NCBI RefSeq assembly: GCF_964213995.1
Contig: NC_135802.1
Coordinates: 138,012,001-138,076,000, forward strand
DNA: 64,000 bases
DNA from: Mustelus asterias
Taxonomy: Eukaryota
Direction of reading: 5' to 3'
Of the stretch, positions 11,859 to 24,973 are shown piece by piece (within the stretch, counting starts at the first letter, position 1; each line of letters starts with the position of its first letter). The notes beneath the pieces were generated by a model, which saw only the letters and a program-made list of their open reading frames with translations, did not search any database and was not told the origin of the DNA. Position numbers and translations under genes: made by a program.

Positions 11859-12745
11859 ATCAGCGAATGAAATGATCTCTTTTGGGGGTAGTGAGTGAGT
11901 GAGAATTGTTGACCAGGCCACTATGAAAAGCTCCCTGCTTCCCTTTGTCTAGTGCTCCTGGGTGCTTTACCAAACCCATGAGCGCAGGACCTAAAAGATA
12001 GTTAAATGCTGCTGTTTGACTCATTTCCATATCGTCAGGGAGTAGTTGCTGTTGACAAGCACTTTTTGTGATTTGATGCCATGTGTGAAATCTCTTGTCA
12101 AGTGTACATATACGCAAGTGCTCTGTCGTGCAGTTGGAACTGACAGGTTTGATCCACAGGTCCTTTGGCCCTTTGAAATAGAAATATTTGTGATAACTGG
12201 AAAGCTGTGACTGCTGCAACAAAAGATTTGCACCCAATGCCTTTGGTATTCAAGGGACATTGGCAAATTTGAACAACTACTTGCTTAACACAAATCGTGA
12301 TCCAGGCATAGATTAGTTGACTTACTTCTGTCTCAACAGGATGTGCAATTTCTGTACTTTGTAAAAACCGTTAAAATATATTGGAACTAATTCTCTGTAA
12401 ATGGTCGCTGGTAATAAGAGAAAGTCCAGTACAGTGCAGACAAAAATATTTTTGCCGCAGTTAGAGAGATTTCTGTTGAACCTCACTTGATCCAATTCAG
12501 GCAGGCTTTTGTGGTTTCTTCAGGTTTAAGTTAATACCAGTTCGCACCGAGAAAGCTCTGGAAAATTATGGAAAAGGAAAGATTTAGAAAGACCTGCATT
12601 TATATAGTGCCTTTCGTGACCTCAAAGCAGTTTCCAGCCGTTTAGCACTTTTGGAATTACCGTAGGAAATGCAGCAGCCACATGGGTACAGCAAAGCCCC
12701 ACAAACAGAAATGTGATAGCGACCGTGCTGTTTATTGAAGGAAGT

Positions 12746-13065
12746 TCATAGAATCCTACAGTGCAGAAGGAGGCCATTCGGCCCATCGAGCCTACACCGA
12801 CAGCAATCCCACCCAAGCCCTATCCCCGTAACCCTACATCTTTACCCGCTAATCCCTCTAACCTACGCATCCTGGGACACTAAGGGGCAATTTAGCATGG
12901 CCAATGCACCTAACCCGCACATCTTTGGACTGTGGGAGGAAACCAGAGCCCCCGGAGGAAACCCATGCAGACATGGGGAGAACGTGCAAACTCCACACAG
13001 ACAGTGACCCAAGCCGGGAATTGAACACGGGTCCCTGGCACTGTGAGGCCACCATGCCGCCCCCC
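12746..13065 (-). mobile_element. HE1-type SINE
   Basis: Homologous to the other copies. Confidence 0.85.
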
Positions 13066-13519
13066 ATGTACAACTATTGGCCTGAATTCTCCTAAGAACT
13101 CCCCTTTTCTTTGGAAACATTCCAAGGGATGTTTAACCTCCACCTGAGTGAACAGATGGGAAGTTAGTTTAATGTCTCAATCAAAAGCTGGAATAAATTC
13201 CGTAATAGCTTTTTACACACTGCCCAGAGATAGTGCTTCATCAAGCCTGTGGTTGTACAGCGCATCTGTAGCACTGATCCATACTGAATAACCTTTAGAA
13301 TTTGGAGCTTTAGGATTACCTTCGCCGACATACTTAGCCAGTATTATCCTTGCTGGCAATCTCACAAAAAGAGTTGTGGTTTGGTGGTACTTGAAGTGTC
13401 GCTGAAATAACTCATCACTTGAAAAGAGTCCTGATGAGTGCAAGATGCAAAGCTTTGACATGTCTCTTTTTTCAGCAATATTCAAGAGGAGTTGTGCATT
13501 TTTTTTCTCTCTTTGACAG

Positions 13520-13693
13520 ATTATAAAGGCTGTAATCACTCCGGAGTATCTTCTTATCCTGGATTATCGGCAATCAAATCTGGAGCAGTGGCTTTTGAAG
13601 TACCTGACATTGCAATTAGCTGGAGATGGACAACTGGTTACGTACTCTTTGCCTTTTGAATTCCAAGCCATAGAGGCAATACTTCAGCACAGG
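13520..13693 (+). CDS. MRS2: MRS2 exon 5
   Basis: 174 nt, IIKAVITPEYLLILDYR...LVTYSLPFEFQAIEAILQHR. Confidence 0.97.
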
Positions 13694-14055
13694 GTTAGTG
13701 AAATGATAATTATTTACATAGCATTAATTTGTAATATTTTTGCAATCAGAATTGCTTGGGAAATTAGTGTCCCAGAGTATGGAAAGCAGCTACAACTAAA
13801 GTTGCAGTTCCAATTTCTTCTGAAAGATAACTAGTGAATGAAACATATGACTATGTTTCTTACAACTGTTTTCTGCGATTATGTAATTGGTGATTTCATA
13901 AACATAAGTGATATCCTAGCGCACTTCTTTATTGCACTTTTGGTGTTGAACCTGGATGTTATGCTTAGAGGTACTTGGCAAATCTGTGGGAGATTTTCTC
14001 ATGGAGGTATGAAAACTGCAGCCAGTCTGGCTATTTTCCGCACACTGTATAACGA

Positions 14056-14350
14056 GTGGCATGGTGGCACAGTGGTTAGCACTGCTGCCTCACAGCGCCA
14101 GGGACCTGCATTCGATTCCCGGCTTTGGTCACTGTGTGGAATCTGCACATTCTTCCTGTGTCTGCGTGGGTTTCCTCCCACAGTCCGAAAGACGTGCTGG
14201 TTAGACTGATTGGCTATGCTGGATTGCCCTTTAGTGTCGGGGGTACTAACAGGGTAAATTCGTGGGGTTATGGGGATAGGATCTGCGTGAGATTTTGTTG
14301 GTGCAGGCTTGATGGGCTGAATGGCCTCCTGCACTGTAACAATTCTATGA
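14056..14350 (+). mobile_element. HE1-type SINE
   Basis: Homologous to the other copies. Confidence 0.85.
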
Positions 14351-14889
14351 AATGTCTGTCATTCTTACAAACTTGTCCCATCTCACATCAAGTTCCTTCT
14401 ACCTAATAATCTGAGAGGCATATTTATTCATCGTGGTTCAAATTTATTGAGAGACCAGAGTTATCTGGAGAAAAAGAAGGAAGAAAGTTTATCTCCTCCT
14501 GAGCTAAATTTTGTTAGAATTCTGGAACAACTATTCTTTACAAACAAATCATTAGAATTTGAAGACAGTGGTTGTTAATAGTGTTGTTATTTGTCTTCCT
14601 GAATGCAATAAAGTGGTTTCTGAGGTGCCCTTTCCAAAAAAACAAAGTGTAATCAAATTCTGAAGTGCAAAATTCCACAATGTCAAAGTTTAATTACAGA
14701 TAACTTTACTAATATACATTTCAGAACAAAAAGGTTTTTAAAGTATGGGAAAGACAAAACAATGGAAAGAAAATTTGAAACTTTTGAGTGAAAACCTTTC
14801 AGATGAAAACTATTAGACAACCTGCCTGAGTGCTGCCAAACGATAGGATCCACGCCCAAGTCCCATCGATCTCAGGGATCATTCCCCTT

Positions 14890-15192
14890 TAAGTTTTAAG
14901 TTCAAGTTTATCTATTAGTGTCATAAGTAGGCTTACATTAACACCGCAATGAAGTTACTGTGAAATCCCCCTAGTCGCCATACTCCAGCGCCTGTTCGGG
15001 TACACAGAAAGAATTTAGCTTGGCCAATGCACCTAACCAGCACGTGTTTTGGACTGTGGGAGGAAACTGGAGCACCTGAAGGAAACCCACAAAGGCACAG
15101 GGAGAGCATGCAAACACCGCACAGACAGTGACCCAAACTGGGAATCAAAGCCGAGTCCTTGGCGCTCTGAGGGCGCAGTGCTGACCACTGTA
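14890..15192 (-). mobile_element. HE1-headed SINE with alternative tail
   Basis: Tail ...acccgaacaggcgc...cacagtaacttcattgc...aagcctactt; same type at 30221-30525(+), 34240-34515(+), 35075-35355(-) and 57386-57540(-). Confidence 0.8.
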
Positions 15193-15520
15193 GGAAATCT
15201 AAGTAAGAAGATGTTCCTTTCATGCACAAGGAGGTCTTCTCATCTTTCTGAGCCGGTTCGCCACTTATATTTACCTTAGTGCGATGGACCCACATTTACT
15301 GGATTGACATTGGATCTACTGATTCCAGCTGAGATGGAAACAACTGTATTCCATCACTCCACGTTCAGCTACAATTCAATCTTAACTCTGATTACTTTTT
15401 GAGGCCGATGTATTCTTAAAAATAATTTGGTACGTTGTGTCAAATCTACACTCAGCAGAAATTCAAAAAAAGAACTTTGTCCATTTTTCTTAAAGATATC
15501 CTCTTTTATATTGTCTCCAG

Positions 15521-15651
15521 ATTAGCTTTCTGCAATCAAGACTAAATGAGTTGCAGCCTCAGATACTCGAGATGGTAGAAGCCCTGGTGGACCCCAAACA
15601 GTTGTCAATTGATCGAAGCAAGCTACATGTCTTACTTCAAGCCAGTAAAAA
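15521..15651 (+). CDS. MRS2: MRS2 exon 6
   Basis: 131 nt, ISFLQSRLNELQPQILEMVEALVDPKQLSIDRSKLHVLLQASK. Confidence 0.96.
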
Positions 15652-15929
15652 GTAAGAGTAAACGAATCTAGCCAAACGTTTAACTAATCCATTACAATTT
15701 GGGTTTTCTCTGAATATCTTCTTTATTTCCACAATTACAAGGCCATTTCCAATGGTGAATTTGTACTTCCTTTGACCTAAAGCTTATAAATTTGGTGCAT
15801 GGTCAGCATTTTAGAGGATTAACAATTCATCATTTACTGAATTATTCTGCACTAATGTATACAAGGCACCAATCATATTCTTCATATCCTCCGAAAAATA
15901 ATACCACAGTTACACTGTTGACTCCCAGC

Positions 15930-16850
15930 TCATCACCCCCACCTCTCACAAGACCTTGACTGTCCTAGAGTTGTCGCACTGCTCGTCCAACATCTAGGAC
16001 TGAGTGAGCAGAAAGACCAAAGTTATTGTCTTCTATCCCTCCCACAAACTCCAGACCCAAGCTATCCACTCCATCCCGCTGCCTGGGAACTGTCTGAAGG
16101 TGAACCAGGCCGTTCACAGCCTTATGTAGTATTAGACCCTGAGATAAACTTACACCTTATCACCATACTTGCCTATTTCTACCTCCTTGACTTTGCCCAA
16201 CTCTAACCTGCCTCAACTCATCCCCTGAAACCCTCATCTGTCCCCTTGTTGCCCCGAGATTCGACACTTCCAACGGTTCCCTGGCTGGCCTCCCATCTCC
16301 CACTCTATAACTCTGGTACTCATGTCCTAACTTACATCAGGGCCGGAATTTTCAGGCTGTTTATGCCAGTGGGATTCTCTGGTCCCGCTGCAGTGAATGT
16401 AGATTTGGCTGAGCACCAAATTCTCTGTCTTTGCTTACAGTGGTGGCAGGGTGTGAACGGTCAGGTCTTGTTTATCCATCACTGTTATGCTCATTAACCT
16501 ACCTCCCAGTCTGGCAATTTTAATTTTAAAATTCCCATCCTTGTTTTCAAACTCCTCCATTGTATCAATTCTCCCTGTTCCTGTAACTTTCTCCTGCAAG
16601 ATCTCTGAAATTCTCCAGTCCTGCTCTCTTGCACATTCACGATTTTAATCACTCCATTATTGGTGATCCTGCCATCTACTGTCTAGGCCCTCTCTACCTC
16701 TCACTTTCCTTTCAAGGCTCTCCTCAAAGCCTATGTTTTTGACTACATTTTTGGTCATCTGTTCTAATGTCTCCTTATGTGATTCAGTGTTACATTTTGT
16801 TGGATAATATTCCTGTGAGAAAACACCTTAGCATGTTTAACTGCATAATT
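15930..16850 (+). mobile_element. Old L2-like LINE fragment containing a MITE-like insert (~16340-16460)
   Basis: Degenerate C-rich L2-like 3' sequence; a similar fragment lies at ~41720-42270. Confidence 0.55.
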
Positions 16851-17210
16851 GCTTCAAGACATTTTGTAAGTCCAAGCAATCCTATTTTAAACTTTGGAGC
16901 CCTTTTACATTCATTCAAGATTCGGTCACATGGCAATTTAAGTTCCTGGAGTTCCCCTTCTTTGCTGTGATGGAGAAGGAAATACAGTTGACGAAGTGAA
17001 CTACATAGAAGGCTAGGAGCTTATATTTATCTCTAATCGAAAGGCCCTTCAATCAAACAGGATTAGAGACATGGTCTCACACCTTAAACATGACATCATT
17101 GGATTACCAAGAGCACCTTGCACAGGTTTTGCAAACCTAATTAATCAAAGTGAATCTTTATCCAACCAGCTTTAGGAACAGCTCTCTGAGTGGCTTGAAG
17201 ATTATGGTAT

Positions 17211-18105
17211 GCCTTCTGGACTACCTTATGTAGCTGTCTCACCACCATCAGGAATTTGTGGAAATAAACTCCCAATATCCCTCTATGCTTCTCAGTATCT
17301 GACCATTTATTGTGTACTCTCTTGTCCTAGAAAGATAGAAAATAGAAGCAGGGGGAGGCCACTCGGCCCTTTGAACCTGCTCCACCATTCATTTGGATCT
17401 TGACTGATCATCAAATTCAATATCCTGACCCCACCTTCTCCCTCCACCATATCTCTTGATCCTTTTAGCCCCAAGACTGTGGGTCCGTCTAACAAGGTCG
17501 TTGTGTCAAAATATTAATTCTGGTCTCTCTCTTTCTCCATCTTCAAATTTTTCCAGCATTTTCAGTTTGTATTTTGGATTTCCAGTGTCTGTGGTATTTT
17601 GCTTTCGTGTCAATGTTTATTTTCTGATGGTTCCGTGCAAGTTTGCATTGTCCGTAATCCATAAATAAATTGACTGTTGGCCAGCATAGGATTCATAATT
17701 TGGTTAACAGAGTTCAAAAGCTACTGGACATTCAAAGCAGAAAACCTACTGGCCTGGTAGCAGGAACACTAGTGAATGCAGTTCAATCCGGGGAACTATG
17801 AGGTAATTCAGTTGGGGCATGTGAACGAGACTATAGATATAGCTCTTGGGGCTAAAGGGATCAAGGGATGTCAACGGGGAGGTGGGATCAGGTTATTGAA
17901 TTTGATGATCAGCCGTGATCCAAATGAATGGTGGAGCAAGCTCAAAGGGCCGAATGGCCTCCCCCTGCTTCTATTTTCTATGTTTTTAGGACAAGAGAAA
18001 ACACAATAAACGGTCAGATACTGAGAAGCGTGGAGGGATATTGGGAGTTTATTTCCACAAATTCCTCATGGTGGTGAAACAGCGATATAAGGTAGTCAAG
18101 AAGGC
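17211..18105. repeat. Local inverted duplication (arms ~17211-17476 and ~17844-18105)
   Basis: Arms are reverse complements, including the same tail/flank junction. Confidence 0.85.
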
Positions 18106-19108
18106 AAACAGGATATTTGCCTTTATCAGCCAAAGTATAAAATTAGTTTTAGGAGGAATATGAGGGTAATTATTTTTCATTCAGAGGGTGGTGGGGATCT
18201 GGAACTCACTGACGGAGCCAAAAATCCTCATAACATGTAAAAGGTACTAGGATCTGCACCTGGTGCGATAACCTACGAGGCTATGGATGAAGAGCTGGAA
18301 AGTGAAAGACCAGCCAGCTCCTTATCAGCTGGCAGCGACACGATAGGCCAAGTTATGATTTTTATGATTCTGCCCTGAGGAACCTGTCCAGCAATGTCCT
18401 GGGGCTGAGATGATTTGCCTTCAACAACCGCAACTATCTTCCTTTGTGCCAGTTATGACTCCAACCAATGGAAGGTTTTCCCACTGATTTCCTATGACTT
18501 AAGTTTGACTTGTGCTTCCCCATGCCGTCCTCAGTTAAATACTGCCTTGACATCAAGGGCAGTCACTCTCACCTCCTCCTGAATTTGGCTCTTTTGCCCG
18601 TGTTTAGGCTAAAGCTGGAATGAGGTCTGGACCCAAATGGCCCTGATGGAACATTTGGAGAGGTTTCGATTTTGTTTTTGCTGCAATTGTGAAATATTCC
18701 TATCCAAATAAGTTCAAAGGTGGGACTTGGAATCTGGGATGGGGAGAGAACAGGAACTATCTTTATATCAGGAATATAGATTGCGCAAGTATTTTCCTTT
18801 CTATCTGTTAATTACTTTTCTCGAAGAGTTGAATGGCCTACTCCAGCTCCTATTCCTTTTGTTCTTCTACCTCCATGCAATCTGATAAGCAATTTTGCAG
18901 TTCCTCTAATACAGCTGGTACAACTACAGTGTAGAGTCATGTCTATATAGACAGTTTTCTTTATAAATTCCTATGTCAACATTTATGATAAGTTGCCAGG
19001 AGGTTTGTGCAGATTTAACACTTAACATATGCAGACATTAAATTATTATTTCATGTGTAGCTTGTGTTGCGGTCATATCCGAACATTTACGTCCGCTTTC
19101 TTTCATAG

Positions 19109-19225
19109 TCTATCTGAGTTGGAGACGGATATAAAGGTCTTCAAGGAGGCATTACTGGAGATTCTAGATGAAGAGAAACAGATAGAAGAGCTTTGCCTCA
19201 CCAAATGGAGTGAGCAACATGTCTT
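19109..19225 (+). CDS. MRS2: MRS2 exon 7
   Basis: 117 nt, LSELETDIKVFKEALLEILDEEKQIEELCLTKWSEQHV. Confidence 0.97.
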
Positions 19226-21009
19226 GTATGTGTTCAGCTTTATTTATTTTCACTTGTGTCAAAAGTCTCAAGCAGGTTCGCTTTCGACTTCATTGTAACA
19301 CTGCCATTGGTGCAGCCAATGTTTTCATCTTGTTTTGCACTTAGGATTTCCATTTAGCTCAAAAAAGTCAATACGTAGTTTGTAATTTTGGGGTCAGAGA
19401 AGCATTTGAAATCTGCTTTTGAAATTGTATGTTTTAAAAAGATAACTTTATTCTTTTTTCCAAGGTTGGAAATGTTTGTGTGCGTGTGTGCAGGACTGCT
19501 TTCTGCTTTGTTTATCTTCAGTACTGAGTAGTTAAATGGTACTCATTGTCTAGCTTCAACATGAAGTGGAGAGGAGACAGTGACCAGATTCTTGTACCTG
19601 ATTAATGGTGCTGATGACCTTGGTATCTGTTTTGTGATCCATATTTCAGTTTTCATTCCCAGCAGTTTTTACAATTCATTTTATGGGATGTAGGCATCCT
19701 GACTAGGACAGAACTTGTTCCCAATCCCTAATTTCCCTTGAGAAGGTGGTAGTGAACTGCCCTCTTGAACCACAGTTCATGTGGGTGTAGGTATACCCAC
19801 CATGATGTTATATATAGGGGGTTCCAGGATTTTGATCCAGTGACAGTGAAGGAACGGTGATATATTTCCAAGTCAGGATGGTGGTGTTTCCAGCTATTTG
19901 CTGCCTTTGTCCATCTAGATGGTAGCAGTTGTGGGTTTAGAAGGTGTTGCCTAAGGAGCTTTGGTGAGTTCCTGCAGTGCATCTTGTAGATGATGCACGC
20001 GGCTGCCACTGTTCATCAGTGATGGAGGGATTGAATGTTTGTGAAAGGCGTAGCAATCAAGCGGGCTGTTTTGTTCTGGCTGGTGTTGAGCTTCTTGAAT
20101 GTTGTTGGAGCTGCACTCATCCAGGCAAGGGGAGAGTATTCCATCACACTCCTGACTTTCACCTCTTGAATCAAGAGGTGAATTACTCGCTGCAGGATTC
20201 CTAGCCTTTGACCTGCTCTTCCAGCTACAGTATCTATATGGCTAGCCCAGTTTAGTTTCTGGTCAACATTAACCCCACAATATTGATAGCGAGGGATTCA
20301 ATGATAGTAATGCCATTGAATGTTAAGGGGCGATGATTGGATCTTCTTTTGTTGGAGATGGTCATTGTGTGTGGGGGGAATGTTGATGAAATTAGATATG
20401 ATTCCATACTCGATGTATATTGGGAGCTCTCCTGCCTTGCCATAATGGTAGCTTTCAGCCTTTCTCCAAGGCAAAATCTCTACTAAATAGTGTTTCATTT
20501 TTCACATTTTGCGGCATCCAAGATCGGAGACACTGGACGGGATTTTTGGCCTCACTCGAGCGCGACTGGAAATTCCTGCCTGAAGTCAACGGACATTTCC
20601 ATTGTCCGCCCCTCGCCCGCTCCGATTCCGTGGTGGGCGGGGCAGTAGAATTCCAGCAACTGTTTCAGCTCATGCTGATGTTATAAATACCTTGCCTGTG
20701 GGAATTGGATTATGGAGAATCAAATTCAGTTGAAGGCTTGACCCCATTTAAGCTGAAGCCATTATCACACTTTCTTGGGCTGAATCCAATCTCCAGGACT
20801 CAGTGTTGAAAAGCCAGCACATGCTGCAAATATGATTGTCATCAGACAATGTTGCAGATGGTATTTTCACATAGAACCATTCTCCCCTACCTAAGGGTAA
20901 TAAATAATCTGCAGATGCTCTTGTTATGAAAAGTGGCATGAAATGAATAAATTATGAATGGATATACTTGAAAATAATTATATTTATTGAAGTTGTTTGA
21001 GATGTATCT

Positions 21010-21475
21010 CCAAAGAGAAGATTTACTAGGATGCTACTGGGACTTGATGGTTTGAGATGTAAGGGGAGGTTAGATGGACTGGGACTTTTTTCCCTGGAGA
21101 GTAGGAGGCTTAAGGGTGATAGAGGTCTACAAAATAATGAGGGGCATAGGTGAGGTAGATGTTTTCCCAAAGGTAGGGGAGTCTAAAACTGGAGGGCATA
21201 GGTTTAAGGTGAGAGGAGAGAGATACAAAAGGGTTCAGAGGGGCAATGTTTTCACACACTGGGTGGTGTGTGAGTGTCTGGAACGAGCTGCCAAAGGCAG
21301 TAGTAGAGGCAGGTACAACTTTGCCTTTTAAAAATCATTTAGACAATTACATGGGTATAGAGGGATATGGGCCAAATGTGGTCAGTTGGGACTAGCTTAG
21401 TTGTAAAAACTGAGTGGCATGGACAAGTTGGGCCGAAGGGTCTTTTTCCATGCTGTAAACCTCTATGACTCTATA
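21010..21475 (+). mobile_element. CR1/HER1 3' fragment
   Basis: EVYKIMRG...TGGHRFKV..., tail tctatgactctat; same subfamily at 43618-44015(-) and 54140-55122(+). Confidence 0.85.
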
Positions 21476-21549
21476 GAAAACTTGTGATATTTAAACTTAA
21501 GCACTTTTGCTGTGTTGGTGGGGATTACCTATACTTCCTTTGTTTGCAG

Positions 21550-21702
21550 TGAACAGAATAATACAGGAATTAATCCTGCGGAAGAGATGGAACTGCTTCT
21601 AGAAAGCTATTACCGACAGGCTGAAGACTTGTCTAATTCAGTGCGAGAGTTGAAAGTGTTAATAGATGACTCTGAGAGCATCATTTTTATCAACTTAGAC
21701 AG
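21550..21702 (+). CDS. MRS2: MRS2 exon 8
   Basis: 153 nt, EQNNTGINPAEEMELLLESYYRQAEDL...IDDSESIIFINLD. Confidence 0.97.
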
Positions 21703-24261
21703 GTTGGTTAACGTCAGCAACCTTCCCCTCATTATGACTGAGGCAGGATGCACACACATTTATTTATTTGATTATATTGTTCTCACTGTTAATTAATCAG
21801 TGCAGTAGAATTTTTAGCAACACTACATTTGCTTACAGATTTTATTTCCACCTGACATGCTAATTGAATTTGTTACAGTCCACATTAAGATTTGTTCTGG
21901 ATAGAAAATTTGTTCACAGGAAATTAAAATTAAAACACCCACTATTTTGAAAGGATGACGTTTTTTGTCAACTTTAAAAAAACATTGAAGACCTTTTGAA
22001 AGAAAATAATGTTTTGAATCATCAGTATTTCAGCTTAGAGGGCTGTGATTTGTTTATATATGTTCACAGTTAGGAAACAGGTGGCTAACTATGTGTTACC
22101 TATCTAAATGTCATGGGGCAAAAGAACTAGGAGATGGCACCTAATTTAGATAGTACTAACGTAACTATTATGTAGAGAGATGATACAGGTACCAAAAGGT
22201 AATGAAAACTCTCATTTGATACTATTAATTGGGATTTTGATAATTTACTGTAATGTGATAAGTGGTTGATGATGTGCCTGGTGTTTTCATGCACCAGACA
22301 ACATTTGGAATATATACTTAGAAGGGAAACATTTGCAGATCACTCCAGAAAAGGCAGGTTAGGACTAATCAGACAGCATTTTCAAAGAGCCAGCTTGTCT
22401 GTCTAGGAAGGTGGTGGTGTAGTAGTATTGTCACTGGGCTAGTAATCCAGACACCTCTGGCTATATTGGTTTGAAACCCACCACGGCAGATGGTGAAATT
22501 TGAACGCAATAAAAATTTGCGATCAAAAGCCTAATGGTGACAATGACACCATTGTCAACTGTTGTAAAAATCCATCTGGTTCACTAATGCCCTGTAGGGA
22601 AGGAAATTTTACCTGGTTTGGCCTACATGGGACTCCAGATCCACAGTAATGTGGTTGATTCTTAAATGCCCTCTGAAATTGCCTAGCAAGCCAGTTCAAG
22701 GGCATTTAGGAATGGGCAATAAATTCTGGCCCAACCAGCAACACTCAACTCCCATGAATGAATAGAAAAAAGTACAGGTATGATGGACCAATGGACCTTT
22801 GTGCTGTTTGATTCTCCACAAGAAGCAGAATTTCATAATGACATCTTTGAAAACAAAAACAATCCTGGTCTTTTGAATTTCTGGCAATTATTCTTAGAAA
22901 TGTACAAAGGTTTCAATTGGAAAAATTGTACTTTTTTAATGAAAGAAAGGTTTTTACGTTCTTGAAATGTTTTGAAAATTTACTCCCAATTTCCGAATGA
23001 CGTGGTTGCAAAGATGACATGGTTGAGGTAAACTTTGTGACTTAATGAGATTATTTAAAGCTAATTTTTGTTTTAGGTATATATAAAACTGAACATTTTT
23101 TCACAAAGCAAATCTTGGGGAAGTAATCCAGTGCATCAGTGTTGGTAACTATTGTCAATCCAAAGACAATGCGATGTGTAGACTAGTTCTGTGCTCCATT
23201 ATAGAGCTGCCTACGAATGTCTATTTCTGTCCAATGCTTTTATTAACTTGATTCCTTGCCCCACTTGTTGAGCTTCTCTGTAGACCCAGAAAGAGAGCTG
23301 ACAAACAAGCTCTGCATCTGGTTCTTCATCAACATTCACCCACGTGTGCTTTCCAGAAAAGGGTCAAATAATATAGATTGGAATCATTTTCACTACTTGC
23401 ATCATTACCTCTCAGGCTTATTCCTTCCTGGGAGGTTATGTAGAGAGCACTTGCTCATGCTATCAGGTATCATCTGCATACCTCCATTATTAAATCTGGT
23501 ATGGTTCCACGTCTACACTCCTTTACGTGAAACGGAGCACCTTGCATAGTTCTGGGATTTAAAATTCTCATCTTTCACGTTTAAATATTTCCATTCCATT
23601 CCCCTTCCTATCCACCTCTTCAAGCCCCATTGAACTCTGCATTCCTTCAACTCTGGCCTCTTTATCATTGCCCTCTATTTGCCCCACCAATGGTGACTGT
23701 AACTTCAAACAGACTCCATGTGCTGCGGTTTTCTCCCTATTTTTCCATTAAGACCTTCTTCTTTGACCAAACCTTTGGGCACTTGCACCCTCTGAATCTC
23801 TCCACCTCAACTCTTTTTCTCTGCCCACTTCTGTGAATGTTCTGTGGGATGTTTTTTTCAAGGTGAAGGTGCTATTTGAATACAGGTTTGTTTTTCAGAT
23901 GGCCTATTAGCGCAGTTTCCTTAGAAATTTGGTTGTCAAGATCAGTTGAGTTTCCCAATGTTCTAAGCCTAGAAACTAGTTGTTTCCTCGTTGTTAAAAT
24001 TGTGTCTATCCTGATAACAAGGGGGCAAAACAGTTGCTGTCTATTAGAATAAAGGCAGCAAATGTTGGATAAACTCTGCATCTGTGGAGAGAAACAGAGT
24101 TAACATTTCAAATCCAAATGACCCACTACTTTCAAAATATCGCATGGTTAAATTGGAATGTGACATTTCAAGGAGCTCCTCTAGAATTTATGCCCATTGT
24201 GTTGTGTTACTGTGGAGCATGCACCGGTGGGTGTGGACTAACTAATTTTGGTTTTCTGCAG

Positions 24262-24379
24262 CCACCGGAATGTGATGATGCGTTTGAACCTCCAATTGAC
24301 AATGGGAACTTTTTCAGTTTCCCTCTTTGGAATTCTAGGAGTTGCCTTTGGTATGAATTTGGAATCTTCCTTTGAAGAG
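24262..24379 (+). CDS. MRS2: MRS2 exon 9 (TM1 and GMN selectivity motif)
   Basis: 118 nt, HRNVMMRLNLQLTMGTFSVSLFGILGVAFGMNLESSFEE. Confidence 0.98.
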
Positions 24380-24629
24380 GTGAGAACTATTTAGTGTGCA
24401 CTCTCGCTTGCTGACATCACCAAAGAACTGGTTGTCCTGATGCCAATATCTTGCCAGACTGCTATTCATTGGCCTTGGGTTGCAGGAACTGCTTTTGGTA
24501 TGGGTCACCTTTGCTTGGGGTACACCTGTTGTTGCAATGCCACTTGGTTGCCACTGGGAAAGATTAACTCGGAAAGGATGAAGCTGCAGATTGGGTCTAG
24601 GTTTATGTTGGGTTACTGCAGTGTTAAGT

Positions 24630-24973
24630 CACATATGGCACAGTAGTTAGCACTGCTGCCTTACAGCGCCAGGGACCCGGGTTCAATTCCGGCCTTGGGT
24701 GACTGTCCGTGTGGAGCTTGCACATTCTCTCTGTGGCTGCATGGGTTTCCTACCGGATGCTCCAGTTTCCTTCAATGATCCAAAGGTGTGCAGGTTAGAT
24801 TGATTGGCCATGCTAAAATTGTCCCTTTGTGTACAAAGATGTGTAGGTTAGGGGGATTGGCAAGGTAAACATGTGGGGTTATGGGGATAGGGCCTGGATG
24901 GGATACACTGGCTGAGAGTTGATGCGGACATGATGGGTCGAATAGCCTCCTTCTGCACTGTAGTGATTCTATG
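24630..24973 (+). mobile_element. HE1-type SINE
   Basis: Homologous to the other copies. Confidence 0.8.
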
